A DNA stretch of 64,000 nt from Octopus bimaculoides (lineage: Eukaryota). The notes beneath the pieces were generated by a model. The model did no database searches. It had not been told where the DNA came from and saw only the letters and a list, made by a program, of their open reading frames with translations. This document shows positions 1-14,269 of the stretch, piece by piece. How positions within the stretch are numbered: position 1 is the first letter of the stretch; each line of letters opens with the position of its first letter. The position numbers and the translations under genes are program-made. Location: NCBI RefSeq assembly GCF_001194135.2, contig NC_068987.1, positions 75,176,730-75,240,729 of the forward strand. Reading direction: 5' to 3'.

Positions 1-1796
1 TGTGACTTTGGTTGCTAAAGGTTACTATAAAAACAGTAATACTGACATATTTACAATTTTCTTGTATTTATAACATTTTAGAATTTACAATAGCATTTAC
101 AAATTTCTAGTATTTACATTAAATTTTGCAGTTTTTGACAAATCTTTTACTTTTTATTTACATACATGGAGTGAACATTGCATTTGTCATTTTGTTCTTT
201 CTTTAATGATAGTACCAAGCCTGGTGCAGCTCACTGGCTTGCCAGTCCTCAGTCAAATCGTCCAACCCATGCTAGCATGGAAAGCGGACGTTAAACGATG
301 ATGATGAAACAATGATGATGATGGTCTGGTCAATCAAAACTAACCAGTAAGTATTTTAAACTGAAAATAATGAAAATGTGTTAACAGACAATGAATATAC
401 ACTTCTATTTAGTAACTTCACTAGAATGATTCATCAACCTTCAAAGTTTAGGTTCCTATTTAACAAGGTTATCCATGAGATAATCATCAAAATAAACACA
501 ATAGTAGCTAGGATAAATACCAAATAAATCTACCATTGTTAAATTCAAAACTATTTCTTATATTTACTGAAACTATGTCATTACAACATTGGCACCTCAC
601 CTAACAAAGTACAATAGTTCAGCTCTGAGAACATGTAAAACTAATAAAATATTTTAAATAATGTACGCCACATGCCAGCATGGAAGGTAGATGTTAAACG
701 ATGATGATGATGAATGTGAAGCTTTCCACTCTTTCTCATTAACCATTTTGAAACCAACCTATCCAACAACACCCACAACACTATAATAAAATATGCCAGT
801 TTTTTTAAGTGTTCATAGTCAAATTAAAACCACTGCTTAAAATATGTACTAAACACTATATTGACAAAGCTGATAATATTATTGAATTTTTTCTGAATAC
901 TTATTTTCAATCTAATTAAAACAGAATATTTCAAAAGAAATATTATAACAAAAGAGTTAAAGAGAATGGAAGCAGTGATGTTAGAAGTGTCCCACTGCGT
1001 ATTTGTGAAAGCCAATGACAAAGTTTGTCTTTTGGCAAGCACTGGAATAGCTGTTGTATTTAGCCACACAACTTGTGATCCAATTTTTATCAGCCAATGA
1101 TAATAGATATATTAAATTGCAACACTAATAACGACTGCTTTGCTGAATGTGTTTTGCTGAGTGTATATCATCCATGTATATATCAACAAGAAAACTAAGA
1201 AAAGAACAGCTGCTTTTAAATAAAAATGCTCTGAGTGAATTTTAGCTCACGTCACATAGGTGTTCCTTTGTTTACTCATGCTATCAAGAAATAAGTAAGC
1301 AGTTTTATCATTGGAAACCTTCAGCCCATGGCACACTGATCACCAAATGTAATGTTTAAAATAAACCAGATAAAACAGTCTGTGTGTGTCAATTGTGATA
1401 GTCTAGACGTGGCTGATGATTTGTTATCTTAAAACATATATAACCTAGATATTCAACGTGATCGCTGTACATACATACACATCAAAACATTTATACAACA
1501 CTAACAATACCTGCAGAAAAATCAGTTATTTTGCAAACTTGTAAAATGAATGCAAGTTAAGTGAGAACCACAAAATACATAATTACTTGTGAAATTATGT
1601 TTTTTCTGAAAGAAATGATTCTTTAGATGGTGTAAAAAGTTCACATAGGTTATATTGAAAGTGTAGTCTTAGGAGAGAACATCTTTGAAAGTTATATTGT
1701 GTTACACTTGTCACTCTTCTACCTTGGACCCCCACCCCACAAAAATGGAAGAAAGTTAAATACAATATTTGTTAAAACTTGTCCCCTTTGTGTTCA

Positions 1797-2009
1797 TGAT
1801 ATATTTTTAATATATTATATTAATAATATATTTTCCATAATATATTTGTAATACTTATAAGTATTTCATAATATATTTTTGATATATTAAAAATATATTA
1901 TATTAATAATATATTTTTAATATATAATAATTTCATAAGATATTTTTAGTATATAATAATTTCATAAGATATTTTTAATATATAATAATTTCATAAGATA
2001 TTTTTAATA
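1797..2009. repeat. AT-rich block with 3 x 30-bp units (tatataataatttcataagatattttta(a/g))
   Basis: Direct inspection. Confidence 0.85.
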
Positions 2010-2819
2010 CTTATGCAGGCCTATTTCCTCTCCAGTAAAACAACTATCTCTATCCCACTATCATACTCTAACCTCTTGCCTAGCACATAGCCACTTCTCT
2101 TGGTTTCACTCCCTCTCTCAACTAAGAGGTCTTTGTCTTGCAAGTTACTTAGTGACTCTACTGGTACTGGTGTCATGTAAAAAGCATCTGTGCCGGTACC
2201 ACATAAAAAGCACATGTGCTGGTACCATGTAAAAAGCACCCAGCTGTAGAAACCAAACCAAAACAGACTATGGAACCTGATGTAGCTCTCTGGCTTGCCA
2301 GTGCTTGTCAAACTGTCCAACACATGCCAGCATGGAAACCACGTTAAATGATGATGGTGAATGACTAACTTCTTTCTACAGTCTCCAACTATCAAACAAT
2401 AGTAAAAAAACTCTCACAGCTGTATCCATACACTAAACATGACTACCAAAGCTATAATTGATCATTTTAGTATTGGAGGGTTATGTGCAAAATGTAAAAA
2501 TACACACACATATATACATACACTATCACCAACATCCACTAAAGGAATAATTTAGGTCTGAGAGGCATTCTCCACAGATCCAATGAAGAAGTCTTCAAAC
2601 CTTCCACAACTTTCCATTTCCATGTAAATCTACAAATCTAACATTTCATGTTTGTAACATTTTCGAACTGAATATTCCTTTTGGTAAGAGTGTCATGAAC
2701 TACCGATAATTACTGAGATTGAATTAATTACAGCTACCCACCTATAAACAGAATAAAAATAGTTATTTTTTATGAAGTCAATGTCCCTCTTCTCAGTGAA
2801 TTTGATAAGTAGCAGTAAT

Positions 2820-3287
2820 CATCATCATCATCATCATCGTTGTTTAACGTCCGCTTTCCATGCTAGCATGGGTTGGACGATTTGACTGAGGACTGGTGAA
2901 ACCGGATGGCAACACCAGGCTCCAATCTAATTTGGCAGAGTTTCTACAGCTGGATGCCCTTCCTAACGCCAACCACTCAGAGAGTGTAGTGGGTGCTTTT
3001 ACGTGTCACCTGCACGAAAACGGCCACGCTCGAAATGGTGTCTTTTACGTGCCACCCGCACAAGCCAGTCCAGGGGCACTGGCAACGATCTCACTCGAAA
3101 ATCCTACGGGAGCCAGTCAGGCAGTACTGGCAACGGTCACGCTCAAAATGGTGCATCTCATGTGCCACCCGCACAAGAGCCAGTCCAGGGGCACTGGCAA
3201 CGATCTTACTTGGCTTGCCGGGTCTTCTCACGCACAGCACATTTCCAAAGGTCTCGGTCAGTAGTCAGCACATTTCCAAAGGTCTCG
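2820..3287 (-). mobile_element. Young 5'-truncated RTE LINE (ORF end + VNTR 3'UTR + (GAT)n tail)
   Basis: ORF end TDRDLWKCAVREKTRQAK* (stop 3206-3208), then ~55-bp repeats, a unique ~170-bp segment and a microsatellite tail. Confidence 0.9.
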
Positions 3288-3345
3288 TAATATTCTGAGT
3301 ATATCAACTACATCTCAGAGAACTAATAACTTATAGAGTTTTTAA

Positions 3346-3564
3346 CCCATTAGCATTCAGATTTTTCTTTCGAATATAATGTTTGTTTATTCATTTTGTT
3401 TTGAATTAATCATGCGCTCTCACAGCTTTGATATTCTGACGATGTGATTGGTTATTTTTAGAAATGATATCATAGGGCAGGTGTGAGAGGCCAGATCTGG
3501 CCAATATGAACATAAAACAGGTGGAATATCTTGACAGGAAATTGCTGGGTTAAATGCTAAAGGG
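3346..3564. mobile_element. piggyBac-type MITE (TTAA TSD)
   Basis: TTAA-CCCATTAGCATT...AATGCTAAAGGG-TTAA, ~220 bp. Confidence 0.85.
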
Positions 3565-5879
3565 TTAACCATAAAGAAAAAAACAAAAAAACCTCACTCT
3601 TTCTTTCAAACACATAACATTGCATGTTTTCAGTATATTTACAGAGGTGGAACTAAGACAGAATAAATATTAATTAACACTAAAGTTAGGGTTTGTTATG
3701 CACAACATGAAAGGGACTAATTTATTCACAAAACAGATGCCACGTTATTTGTATTTTTTTAACCACGGAATTTTGTCAGTGAACAGGTCACAGTCTCAAA
3801 GCAATGAAAATATTTGACAAATTAAATTTAAATGTTGGAGTGAATCTAACGGTTTTTATGTTTTTAAATGGCTTATAAACACCTTCCATGCTGCAATTGT
3901 TTTTGTTTCAGCAAACAATCTCAGATCAGGTCACTTGCTATGCAAGTACATCTCCAAAACGCTATTTTATTCCTTTCTGTCAACAAATATGATTAAGAAC
4001 AGAGCTTTCTTATAGACAAAAATTAGAGAATGTGTAAGGATTTGACAGTCAGCAGAGTAGAGTATATCTATATTTGTGGTATAGAGTCATCATATTGAAA
4101 GTCTTCCCTGAAATACCATCTGCCACTTATCAATTCAAATAAAAGGCTACACAGCCAAATCCACCATCTAAAGTGGGTGAAAGGAAGTGAGTGCCAATCT
4201 TGGAGTGAGAAAATCATAAGTGGACCAAATGTGGGATCATTATATAAACTGTACCACCACCATCACTAATCATCTTTGCAGAAGTCAGAGGGAGCCTGTT
4301 AGTAGACACTCAGGTTGTTAGAAATAGCAGCCAAATTATCCTCAATTTATACCTGCCTTATTGTTTAAAATCATTCTTTCTATTATATGCACAGGGCCTG
4401 AAATATTCTGTGGTGGGGGAGAGGAGTAATTGATTACATTGACCTCAGTGTTCAATGGCTGCTTATTTTATCAAAACCAAAAACCATGGAAAACACAGTC
4501 GACTGTGGCAGAATAAAGTGGGAAGAAATACTGCTGAGCGTTTTTTTTTTCTGGTGTGCTAATAATTCTGCCCAGCCAGTAGTTCTACAAAATAACCTTA
4601 AAAGGACAATATGATCATGGCTGAAATACCTTTGATCATCAGAGTTGACCTATAAACAACCATTTTAATAACAAAAAATTAACCAATCTAACAATCGCTT
4701 GGAAACCTTAATCAAGAGTTCTAAACTCCTCAAGCAACTAAACATTCATGCTAGGAGTTGGGGTTGAACAGCAAACCACACAGATTCTATTCTGAAAAGT
4801 AATATATCTTAACTCTCTGGCATGGGTTGGATGGTTTGATGGAATCCAACAGGTCCGAAGACTGCATAGTGCTACAATGTCTACTTTGGCATGGTTTTCT
4901 ACAGTTGGATGCTTTTCCTAACACCAACTACTTTATAGCATGTGCTGCATGCCTTTTTCATGGTACTAGCACTAGTGAAGTCTTCATGCAGCATGCAAAA
5001 TTAAGATCCCCTTCGAATGAAGGGGGAATACAGTAGAGAGGGAGGCAGGTTTATGTTATGGGAGGAGGAATTAAAGTGAGAAAGAAAGACTGGAACAAGT
5101 TTCTTGTACGCAGCTGCTTACATTATAGGAGAGAAGATGCGAGTGGTCAGGGTGGAACTAGAAAGTGATAATAGTAGTGGTGATGAGGTGTCAGGGTGGA
5201 CCCTCATGCCACAGAATAGAGTGAGTAGGAGTAGGAAAACAAGAAGTAGAGGTTGCAAGAGTGTATGACAGAGTGAGAGATGATTTTAAGATAGAAAATG
5301 GGTGAGAGGGTGTATATATTGAAGAACAAGCGTTGAGAGATGATATGTAGCAGGGGCAGAGAAGAGAAAAGAGTAGATGACAACTGTAAAAATTAGGTAG
5401 GGTTGAGGGGCAACCAATAACATGAGCTTGGAGAAATAGGGGAGAGATGACCGAGAGTGCAGAAAAGGGTGTGAAATGCAGAGAATAATAATAATAATAA
5501 TAATAATAACACAGTAGACATGGGAAGAGAGGGATGATGTAGTTGGGTAGGTTGTAAGAGTGTGGGGCAGAATAGCAAATAGAAGAAAAGAGAAACATAT
5601 GTTGGTGGAGGTGAGATAATTTGGTGGCTCAGGAGGGTGATCAATGTAAAATGTGGGTGAAGAGGACAGTATTAAGAATAAAAGCTAGATAACAGTGAAA
5701 TGGTTTCAGGTAGTGAGAGGGGTGAGGGATATCAAGGAAAAGCTGATGTATGCAGTTCTGCTCACAGCAGCAGAATGGTGATGGTTAGAGAGATGGGTGG
5801 TGAAAATCTTGAAAAGGAAATTGGGTGGTACAAGGGCAGGGCAGTTGTATGTGTGTTTATATATATAAAATTGTGCTTC

Positions 5880-6400
5880 CTGAATCTGCTTCATTGAAGT
5901 GGGCAGGTCTTCTTAAGAACCACTCATCACCAGTCATCCCAGCTCCTTGCTGCTGTCTCCGCAAGGTTGAAGGTTCAGAGCTCAGCCTTCACCACTTTGT
6001 CCCATGTTTTCTTGGGTTTCCTTCTACAAACTCCATCCACATTAAGTGATTAGCACTTCTTTATACAGCTGTCCTCATCCATATACACCACAAAGTCTTC
6101 TTCTTCTTTATACACTATATCTGGTTACTCTTATGCTCAGTTTTCTCTCAATGCATTTGTACTTTGTCACTCTTGCACACTTAACATTGCATATGCAGAA
6201 GTGAATACCAGGAACATTTCTTTCCAGTCTTCTCAAATCCTCTGCATTCAAAATCCATGTTCCATTGACAAACAACATTATAGCTTTAATATATGTGTCT
6301 ATCTTCGCTGAAGGATATGGCCTTTGTTGCCAGCAACAACAGAAGCCCTTTGAGCTTTTCCTAACCTGGTCATATCCAACTGAAAGATGCCCCATATTCT
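5880..6400 (-). mobile_element. Decayed RTE RT C-terminal fragment
   Basis: NGTWILNAEDLRRLERN..CICNV..ERKLSIR relic. Confidence 0.75.
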
Positions 6401-6449
6401 ACATTGCAAAAAAAAAAAAAAAGAAAATTAACTAAACCTAAAAGAAAGA

Positions 6450-9400
6450 CAGGCTTAAATTTTTAGACCTAAAGCAAAAACAGTGATTTCCTGTTAAGGG
6501 TCAATGTGCATAAATTGGCTTTTACTGACAGAATCAATTCTATGCAGACAAAAATAATATTCTTGATTGCCTAAGAACTTGGCCTAAAGCTTCCATCTCA
6601 GACTTGGTTGCCTAGTTGTAATGGAGTAGTCAGAGCAAGCATAAGCTCTTGGGTTAGTAGTGCAGCCAAGTTCTCACTAAGGAATGCTTGTACATTCCTT
6701 GGCAAATGGCCTTGCAGTTACAAACAAGTAACTGAGTAAAACCTAGTTAAAGTTTGCAGCAATTTTAAATCATCACATCCTTCTAGATCCTAATGCTTTG
6801 TGATCATTTGGGCCATTTCAGGAAATTCTCCAAGTCAAAAAAATCACTGTTTTCTACGAAATCTATCAGTAAGTTTGATGTTAACAAGGACTAAACAGTC
6901 TGACAAAGAGAAAGTAGCTTTGAATAGTAATTGTGCAATAAATTATTCGTAAATTAAACAAATAGTTCAAATGCAATTTGATATTTGTGTAGCATGTTCT
7001 ATCATGACAGTTTTATTGTTAACAAAATTATCATTAATCATCAAATCTACAGACAAACATAATTTAATATGGTGGTTCAAAACTGGAGATAGCTGGTAGC
7101 GTAACAAAGTTGCTGGACTTGGATTTTAAAAATAAGCACTTCAGTTTTGTTGAGGTTAATAGTGCTAAAACTGATTTATTTGATTCAGATATTGTAAAGG
7201 GCTCGGAAATTATTTTTTCTGACTATTTACTATCAATAAAATATTATAACACTAATATTTCAGGATGGATGGGAACAGTTAGATATAAAATTTGTTCAAT
7301 GCATCCACTGAGGTTGAAAAATGAGCTTCACAACCAAAGAAATGGGAATCATTATTCCATATCTACACAAAGGTGTCAATAATGTCTCACCAACTGTTTG
7401 GGTGCAAAAGAAAGACATGTTGATTACAAAATAATTCAAACATTTTCTCATCCCTTTTCTTTCTTTAACTGATTTAACCCTCTGGCATTCAAAGTGGTCA
7501 TATCAGGCCCAAATATTCTACCAGTTTTATGTTCCAACTAGCTAGATCCAGCCTATCACACCTACCTTACAATGTCATTCTAAAAATAAGCAATCACATT
7601 ATCAACATCTTGAAGCTATGAGATTATACATGATTAATTCTAAACAATGTGAATAAATAAGCATTATATTTGACAGAGTAATCTGAATGCTAAAGGATTA
7701 AAGACTACATACTGGCAGACTGGTTTGTATGAAGACTATTCAGTGATAAATACAAGAAAATCTTGACTTAATCAATCAATTGCAGGTGGCTTTTAAAAAT
7801 AGCTGTATCATTTACCAATATTGTACAGAGTCTAACTAATGATATAATTATCTATCAGAATACAATCATTTTTGCAGCAACCAAAAATAAATTGAAGAAT
7901 AAAAAAAAATTGCTGTTAATTCTTAGATTGAAAAAAACCCAACATATCAATTAATCCAGATAAATGAAGTAATTATGCATCTTCCATAAATTTTCTAGAA
8001 ATAATTCAAAGAATGGGCTCAAATCACCATTTACTCTAATAAGACAAGATTCAACAGACTGGTGTTTCTAAATAGCACGAAGAAATTCAGAAATATTTGG
8101 GGTTGATAAGCTATTATTGTTGATTTATCCTGAATTTTGTAGACATATTCGAGCCTCTTGCACAAAAAATAAATGTCTTTACTTAAAGATTATATCAAGA
8201 ATAGACCTTTTAGAAGCAAAACATACAATACCGTATTTCGGCAACATTCTCTATCAAGTGTGAAACAAACTCACTGTTGATGCTTCTGAATTTGCAGTAA
8301 CAGGGAAAATGTTTCAAAATGGAAAGCCCATAGCATATATTAGTCATATATTTAGTATTCAGGAATTTAGGGTCATATTGAACATGGAGTCTATGCTATA
8401 TACAACGGTGTGTTGAAAGATTGACATTTCTATCAGACCAAATTTTTCATGTCAGAAACTTATCAGTCATTGCAATTTATTTTTTGTAAAATATCTTAAT
8501 GTTTACAGGCGAGATTCTCAGAAGCTTCCCCAGTGGAATTGGATATTAGCACAATACGATTTCAAAATTATTCACATTCTAGGTAAAACCAGTTATGCTG
8601 ATACTCTTAGACCAAAGTATAAGTCAGATTTATTTGGAAAAGCATTCTTTACAAATGCATTACAGTCTGGAATAAGCAATGAAATTATTTTTTACTCATG
8701 TTCAATCAGGAAAGATCATTTTAACACTGCTTAAAAATTGCTGAAAAAGATTGGCCTAGACTAGTGCTTCTTAAATGGAGTACCTTGAATTTTTTAAAGT
8801 ACAACTTTAGGCTAAAGAATCATTATTTAACGTCTGTTTTCCATGCTGGTATGTGTTGGACAGTTTGACAAAAGCTGTTGGTGGCCTAATCTTGATAGAG
8901 GTACTGAAGAATTTGACAGATCTTGTGATGTATGCTCAAATCAGATCAAAAGACACCCTTTATACTGGTAAGTGGACTGAATCACAGCTTTGAGAAAGAT
9001 TGTATATAAATTAGGAATACAGACAAAACACTAGGTACATGTTGATTATAGGTGATTCAGTCACAACTTGGATTAACGCCATTTTATAATTCAGTACACA
9101 AAGTTCCAAAGATAGTAGTATCAGACAATTGACAAAAATTCAGTCAGTTAAAAGACTGATTAAACTGCAAGAAAATTCAAAGTCCTACCAATAGTCAAAA
9201 ATCTAATGATGCAGCACTAGGACTCTGTGAATAATCAAGTCTGCATCTAAAAGTTACAGACCATCAGTCGGAAAGGTTGAGGAGCATTTGTTAAAGGTGT
9301 ATTCAATCAAAGTAATGCATATGGTGTATGCAAGTTACCTCCAGCTGAGAAATTATTTGGCATACAAGAGTAACAATAACCACTTTTGATTTTATAGAGG

Positions 9401-9520
9401 TTGGACAAATGGTTTACAGCTAGATCAACACAATGAAATTTCCTGAAAATGCATGGTAAAAACACAGCCAGTGTTAAATGTGAAGATCAAAAACTCTGTC
9501 AATTGAATAAATAATTTCTA
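6450..9520 (+). mobile_element. Heavily decayed Ty3/Gypsy LTR retrotransposon internal region (gag knuckle-PR-RT-RNaseH-IN)
   Basis: Relic motifs in Gypsy order: CDHLGHF knuckle (~6800), QFDICVACSIM (DTG protease, ~6975), IIYQNTIIF (YxDD, ~7850), YLGLISYY (~8095), TVDASEFAV..QNGKPIAYIS (~8275), WILAQYDFKIIHILGK (~8540), WPNLDRGTEEFDRSCDVC (~8885), PKIVVSDN (~9105), PPAEKLFG (~9340). No LTRs recognised. Confidence 0.85.
7478..7697. mobile_element. piggyBac-type MITE nested in the Gypsy fossil
   Basis: TTAA flanks; same family as 3346-3564, opposite orientation. Confidence 0.82.
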
Positions 9521-12500
9521 AACGTTTTTCCCCGCGCATAATCTTAGTCTGGATGTAATCAAAAGTAGTAAGTTTCATGAAACAGCTAATAATCTTTAAT
9601 TTAAGATTGAAAATTATGAAGTTGAAGCAAATTAATCTCCCATTAACTCACCACTTGATCATATAAATCGTCTGCAGTAATGTTTCTAACAAGTCAACAT
9701 CATTTGCTCCAAGTGCTTCTAACATTTATTCTCCAATACCTGCCACTCAGGAGCTACAGAATTTTAAAGGAAATTCAGAAGCCACAAATATATAATGACA
9801 AAGACAATTTATTTTTTTGAAGTTGGAGTGATTTTATTCATCATTATTCTAACTTCCAATTTTCCATGCAGGCATATGTCAAACTTATTGAGGCAGAAGT
9901 TCTCACTGTTGTCAACCTACACCTGTTCCTAAGGTAATATTTCTCCTAGCCTTTTGAATGACAGCTCAACAGACAGAGATTTTCATGGCAGCTTATAAAT
10001 AAATACACTGTTTATATGGACACCATGCAAATGTCAACACAAATGCATGATGCAAACACACCTATATAATCACCATCAGTTTACATTTGTTTTCATGCTG
10101 GCATGGGTTAAACAGGTTGCCATTGTTGGAGTCATTTCTTATTGAAAGGTACTGCTCCCAGAGACTGGTGCTTGCACGTGTCTTTTGGCTTGTTTTCTAT
10201 AACTGGATGCCCTATCCTATTGCCAACCACTTAACTGAGGATACAAGTACATTGGAGAAGTTGAACTTTCAGTGAGACAAGACTAAAGGGACCTCATAAC
10301 CCTATGCTTTCTCTGATAATTTACCAAACATTTTACTATATGTGCTGGGTGCATTTTTGTAGTACCGACACTAGAGAGGTTGCCTTGCTCACCAGTCACT
10401 CTGGAAAGAGGGAGCACAATTTGCCAGCTTTTCATTGTGGCACCAGCACAAGAAAGGTGTGCCTTGCTCAAGGGAAATGTAGAAAGTATTCAGTAACCAA
10501 AGATATGTAGACCAAAGAGAAGAAATAGAAGAGAAGGTGATGTCAGTAGTGAGGCCAGGAATGAATGAGGAGTGCAAGGAGGCAAATGTAGAGAGTAGTC
10601 AATAAGCAAAGGTGTCTACTTCAGATGGAATTAGAAGACAGCAATGGCATAAGGAACAGAAGTATGAGGTAAGAGCAAGGTTTTATCATCATTGTTTTAC
10701 CTTCCACTTTTCCATTCTTGCTTGGGTCAGATGGAGTTGAGGAATATTTCCTATGGCCAACTCTCATCCGTTTCCAAGCTAGGTAATATTTCCCCATGGC
10801 CAGACATGTTTTTACATGAATGACACTGCTTGTATGACAGTGACACTCATTTTACAATCACATGATGCTAAGACAAGGGCACATTAACATACATACTCTC
10901 CTTCCTCCCTTTCTTCTGTACTTTAACCCGCAATCTGCTTGCATAAATGCCCCACCACCACTGATTTTGCAGTCTTAGAAGGTGCATGGTGACCTTCGTG
11001 ATGGCACAGAAAAAAAAGCATTCAGTACACACTGTAAAGTGGTTGGTGTTAGGGCCATTGGATGTGGTTCTAGGAACCATCAGATCCTATCAAACCCATG
11101 CCAGCATGGAACAGACATTAAATGATGCTGACGATGACATACATATATGATAGACTTCATTCAGTTTCCATCTACCCACAAAGCTTTGGGCGACCCAGAA
11201 CTATAGTAGAGGACACTTGCTAAAGGTGTCACAGAGTGGGACTGAACCTGTAGCCATGTGCTTGGGGAGCAAACTTCTTAACTACAAAGCCATAGTTTTC
11301 TCGCAGTTTCCATTTACCAATTCCACTCACAAGGCATTGGTCAGTCTAAGGCCATAAAAGATACCCCCCTCCCACCACCACCACCACCGTAGTGCCATGC
11401 AGTTGGAACCAGCCCTAAATTACATGATTACAAAACAAACTTCTTAACCTCACAGCCATACCTGCACCTATAATAAAATAAAATATCTGAAATAATTGCT
11501 TATTCTATTCTCTATTAATATATATGCACGTGCAGTGAAACGATGGATGTGAATAAAACATGCCGTTTCTATTTGGAGAACGAGCTATATGGATATTGTT
11601 GATGACCAACAACACAACTATAAATGACGTCTGTAGATTTGAACTTGTTCCTGATGTCAGATGACCTGCTCTATTCTCTACTGATCATAGCATCAATTTA
11701 CTTAGCTAAATTGTGGGCATAATCACTGCACATATTAAAAATAACATAACCATAGAACCAAAGTTTGACAAATAAATATGACAATGATGGCAACTCGGAC
11801 ATCTCTAACCAGAACTAACCCAGGGTTGAACAAACAGACATAATTGGCACAAAATTAGCAAGGTCTGCACAGATACTCGAACAGCTAGAAATAGCTGCTA
11901 AATCATGCGTTAGTCATATGCATCTGGATAATGCAGTTTCTGATGTGCAAAAACATGGTAAGCTCAAAATAGCAACGACTCGTCCGAATTATTTACAAAA
12001 TAGCTACATCTATATTTTACAAGAACAAATGAAGTGGACAATCCAAAGTTTACAATTTAAAAATTAAGGAATATTTTATGAAGACTATGAACTCCAAATC
12101 TACCTAGGATTACAACGCTTTTATGTAAGTGAGCATATTTTTAAAGAAGTTCGCTAAATGAACAAGGCAGTAAATACCCGAACAATGAACTCTTCTTTTA
12201 ATATCCATCGTCAATGCAGGACGACGGACGACATTATGTTATTTCCTAGACAGTTTATATTCTGGCTTGAATTGCCAGTGACCTATAAATTGTGTTGTCT
12301 CTATTTCTAAGACTACCTACACTTAGACAACTGCAACAGACGATGGAGTCAGCGAAGAGGCCACTGCACTATCGCTCGCATGCTAGAAATAGCAGTCAAA
12401 TCTCCGACGAATCACACCATATCGGCTTAAAAACGACGGCTACTTAGATAATGTATCCATGATACAAAAAAAAAAAAAAAGAATGTTCACGAATGGAATG

Positions 12501-13219
12501 CCGTTAATCAGAGTTATATGCTCAATCAGAAAAGACCTAGGGCTAAACAACAATACAACTGTCATATTTTAACTGGTCATTCGACTTGCTAAAAACAAGT
12601 CGAATCTTTTTAAGAAAAAAATAATGCATTGAATAATGAGGTCTTTGATGCACTATGTTCAAAGAAAAAGACGGGATGGTCACAGCTGTAACGCCTTTGA
12701 TTATAGATTTAATCGACAGGGTTGACCTACGGTTAAACGGGAACATTAATGATCACTCGTAGATGTTGTAGTCTGATAGTGCCATTGAAAAATCTGAGTA
12801 GTCGTGATGCTCATGCCTTCCCAAATGCACGAAACGTAAATGCCAAAAAAAAAAAAAAAATATGAAGTACAAAATGTTTATTTTCGAGATATTTTTTTTT
12901 TTAACAAAAGCAAAAATCAAACCAACAAAGCTTTCTTTCTATCTCTAATATACACACACACACAGGTTTAGTCATTTCTTTGTGTTATGGTGTCTTGTGT
13001 AAAGGAATGAGTAAACTCAGAGAAATATAGACAATAGCATATACAGAGAGGGGTGAAAAGAATCTCCAACTGAGAACGTCGTCACATCGTATTTCTAATA
13101 CAGAGTCAGAAATATTGCTTTATTGTATATCTATACCACAAAACTAAGAGAAGGCTTGTAATTGATTGAATCTCCTCCACCCCACTCAACAATTAGCTTT
13201 AATGCCACATTCTACTGTG

Positions 13220-13269
<50 letters not shown>

Positions 13270-13716
13270 GTGTGTGTGTGTACTAGACATGCACACACGC
13301 ACTTAATACCGTCGACGAAAAGCATTAATATCAATTCTAACATACTATTTTTCTCCTCCAAAGTTGTATCTAGGGAAGAGAATATTGTTGTTGTTTAGCC
13401 ATAGGCAATCTGTGATCCAGCAAACCTATGATTAACAGCGTCGAAGTCGTGGCTATTCCGTCTTTTATTCAGACATAACATATATATATACATACACACA
13501 CACATATATATATATATAAGAGTTTTGACGCTAATATCCATTTATATTAAAGTTTATTACCTATGTCAACATTTCTTCAAAATTTTTATATATAACCAAG
13601 GAGATCGATCCATAAGGAGTTTAATATAGACCTTTGTGGACGAATTTTTGCTATTTTGGTAACGATTACATGTTTTATCTTACCAATACATTGTGAAGAT
13701 ATCATTATATGAACAC

Positions 13717-13750
<34 letters not shown>

Positions 13751-14096
13751 CTACATTAACCAATGTATTGGTTTGTGCTATTTCTTTTGTTTCTTTTTGT
13801 TAACACAGCAAGGTGTCATTTGAGAACTAATCTGGTCGACAGTTTTGTGTAGGTTATTGTTGTATACATGCATGTGTGTGCGTAATAGTTTGCATTCGTG
13901 TAAATTGTGCGCAAGACATGCTTTTTGTGTAACATACAGCTATGTAGACTTATAAGACAAGTATCATAATTTTAAATAGCATATAAAAACCATAAATAAC
14001 CTCAAGAGCATAATTATTGAATAGACTTTTAATCAAAGACAATCCAGTAATGACCATTCCACATCTTTTCTCTATATTGTTTTTCTTCAGACAGCG

Positions 14097-14269
14097 GGTA
14101 CTACTAAAGCAGCACGGTCCCGAACGCGCAGTCGCGCGTCCGGGCTAGCTAGTCGTGAGTGGTCGATCCTAACCCTAACCCTAAACACGTATTCATTTGC
14201 ACACGCGGGTTAGGGTTAAGGTCGACCACTCAAGACTAGCTAGCGCGGACGCGCTGCTTTAGTAGTACC
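14097..14269. mobile_element. Foldback MITE with 9-bp TSD (CAGACAGCG), GGTACTACTAAAGCAGC termini and internal TAACCC/GGGTTA repeats (Merlin/MULE-like)
   Basis: TSD at 14088-14096 and 14270-14278, perfect 17-bp terminal IR, near-palindromic arms. Confidence 0.85.

Noticed and set aside
824-1069. Hydrophobic 81-aa minus-strand ORF
   Set aside because: AT-rich compositional ORF without splice support or recognisable motifs.
2693-2741. Minus-strand terminal-exon-like block (WVAVINSISVIIGSS*) with a good acceptor
   Set aside because: No similarity to the TMEM59 C-terminus or anything I recognise, and it cannot be linked to an upstream exon.
9652-9718. Minus-strand exon-like block with a gtgagt donor (ALGANDVDLLETLLQTIYMIKW)
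   Set aside because: Weak acceptor, phase mismatch with the 14740 donor, and no Cys pattern expected for exon 2.
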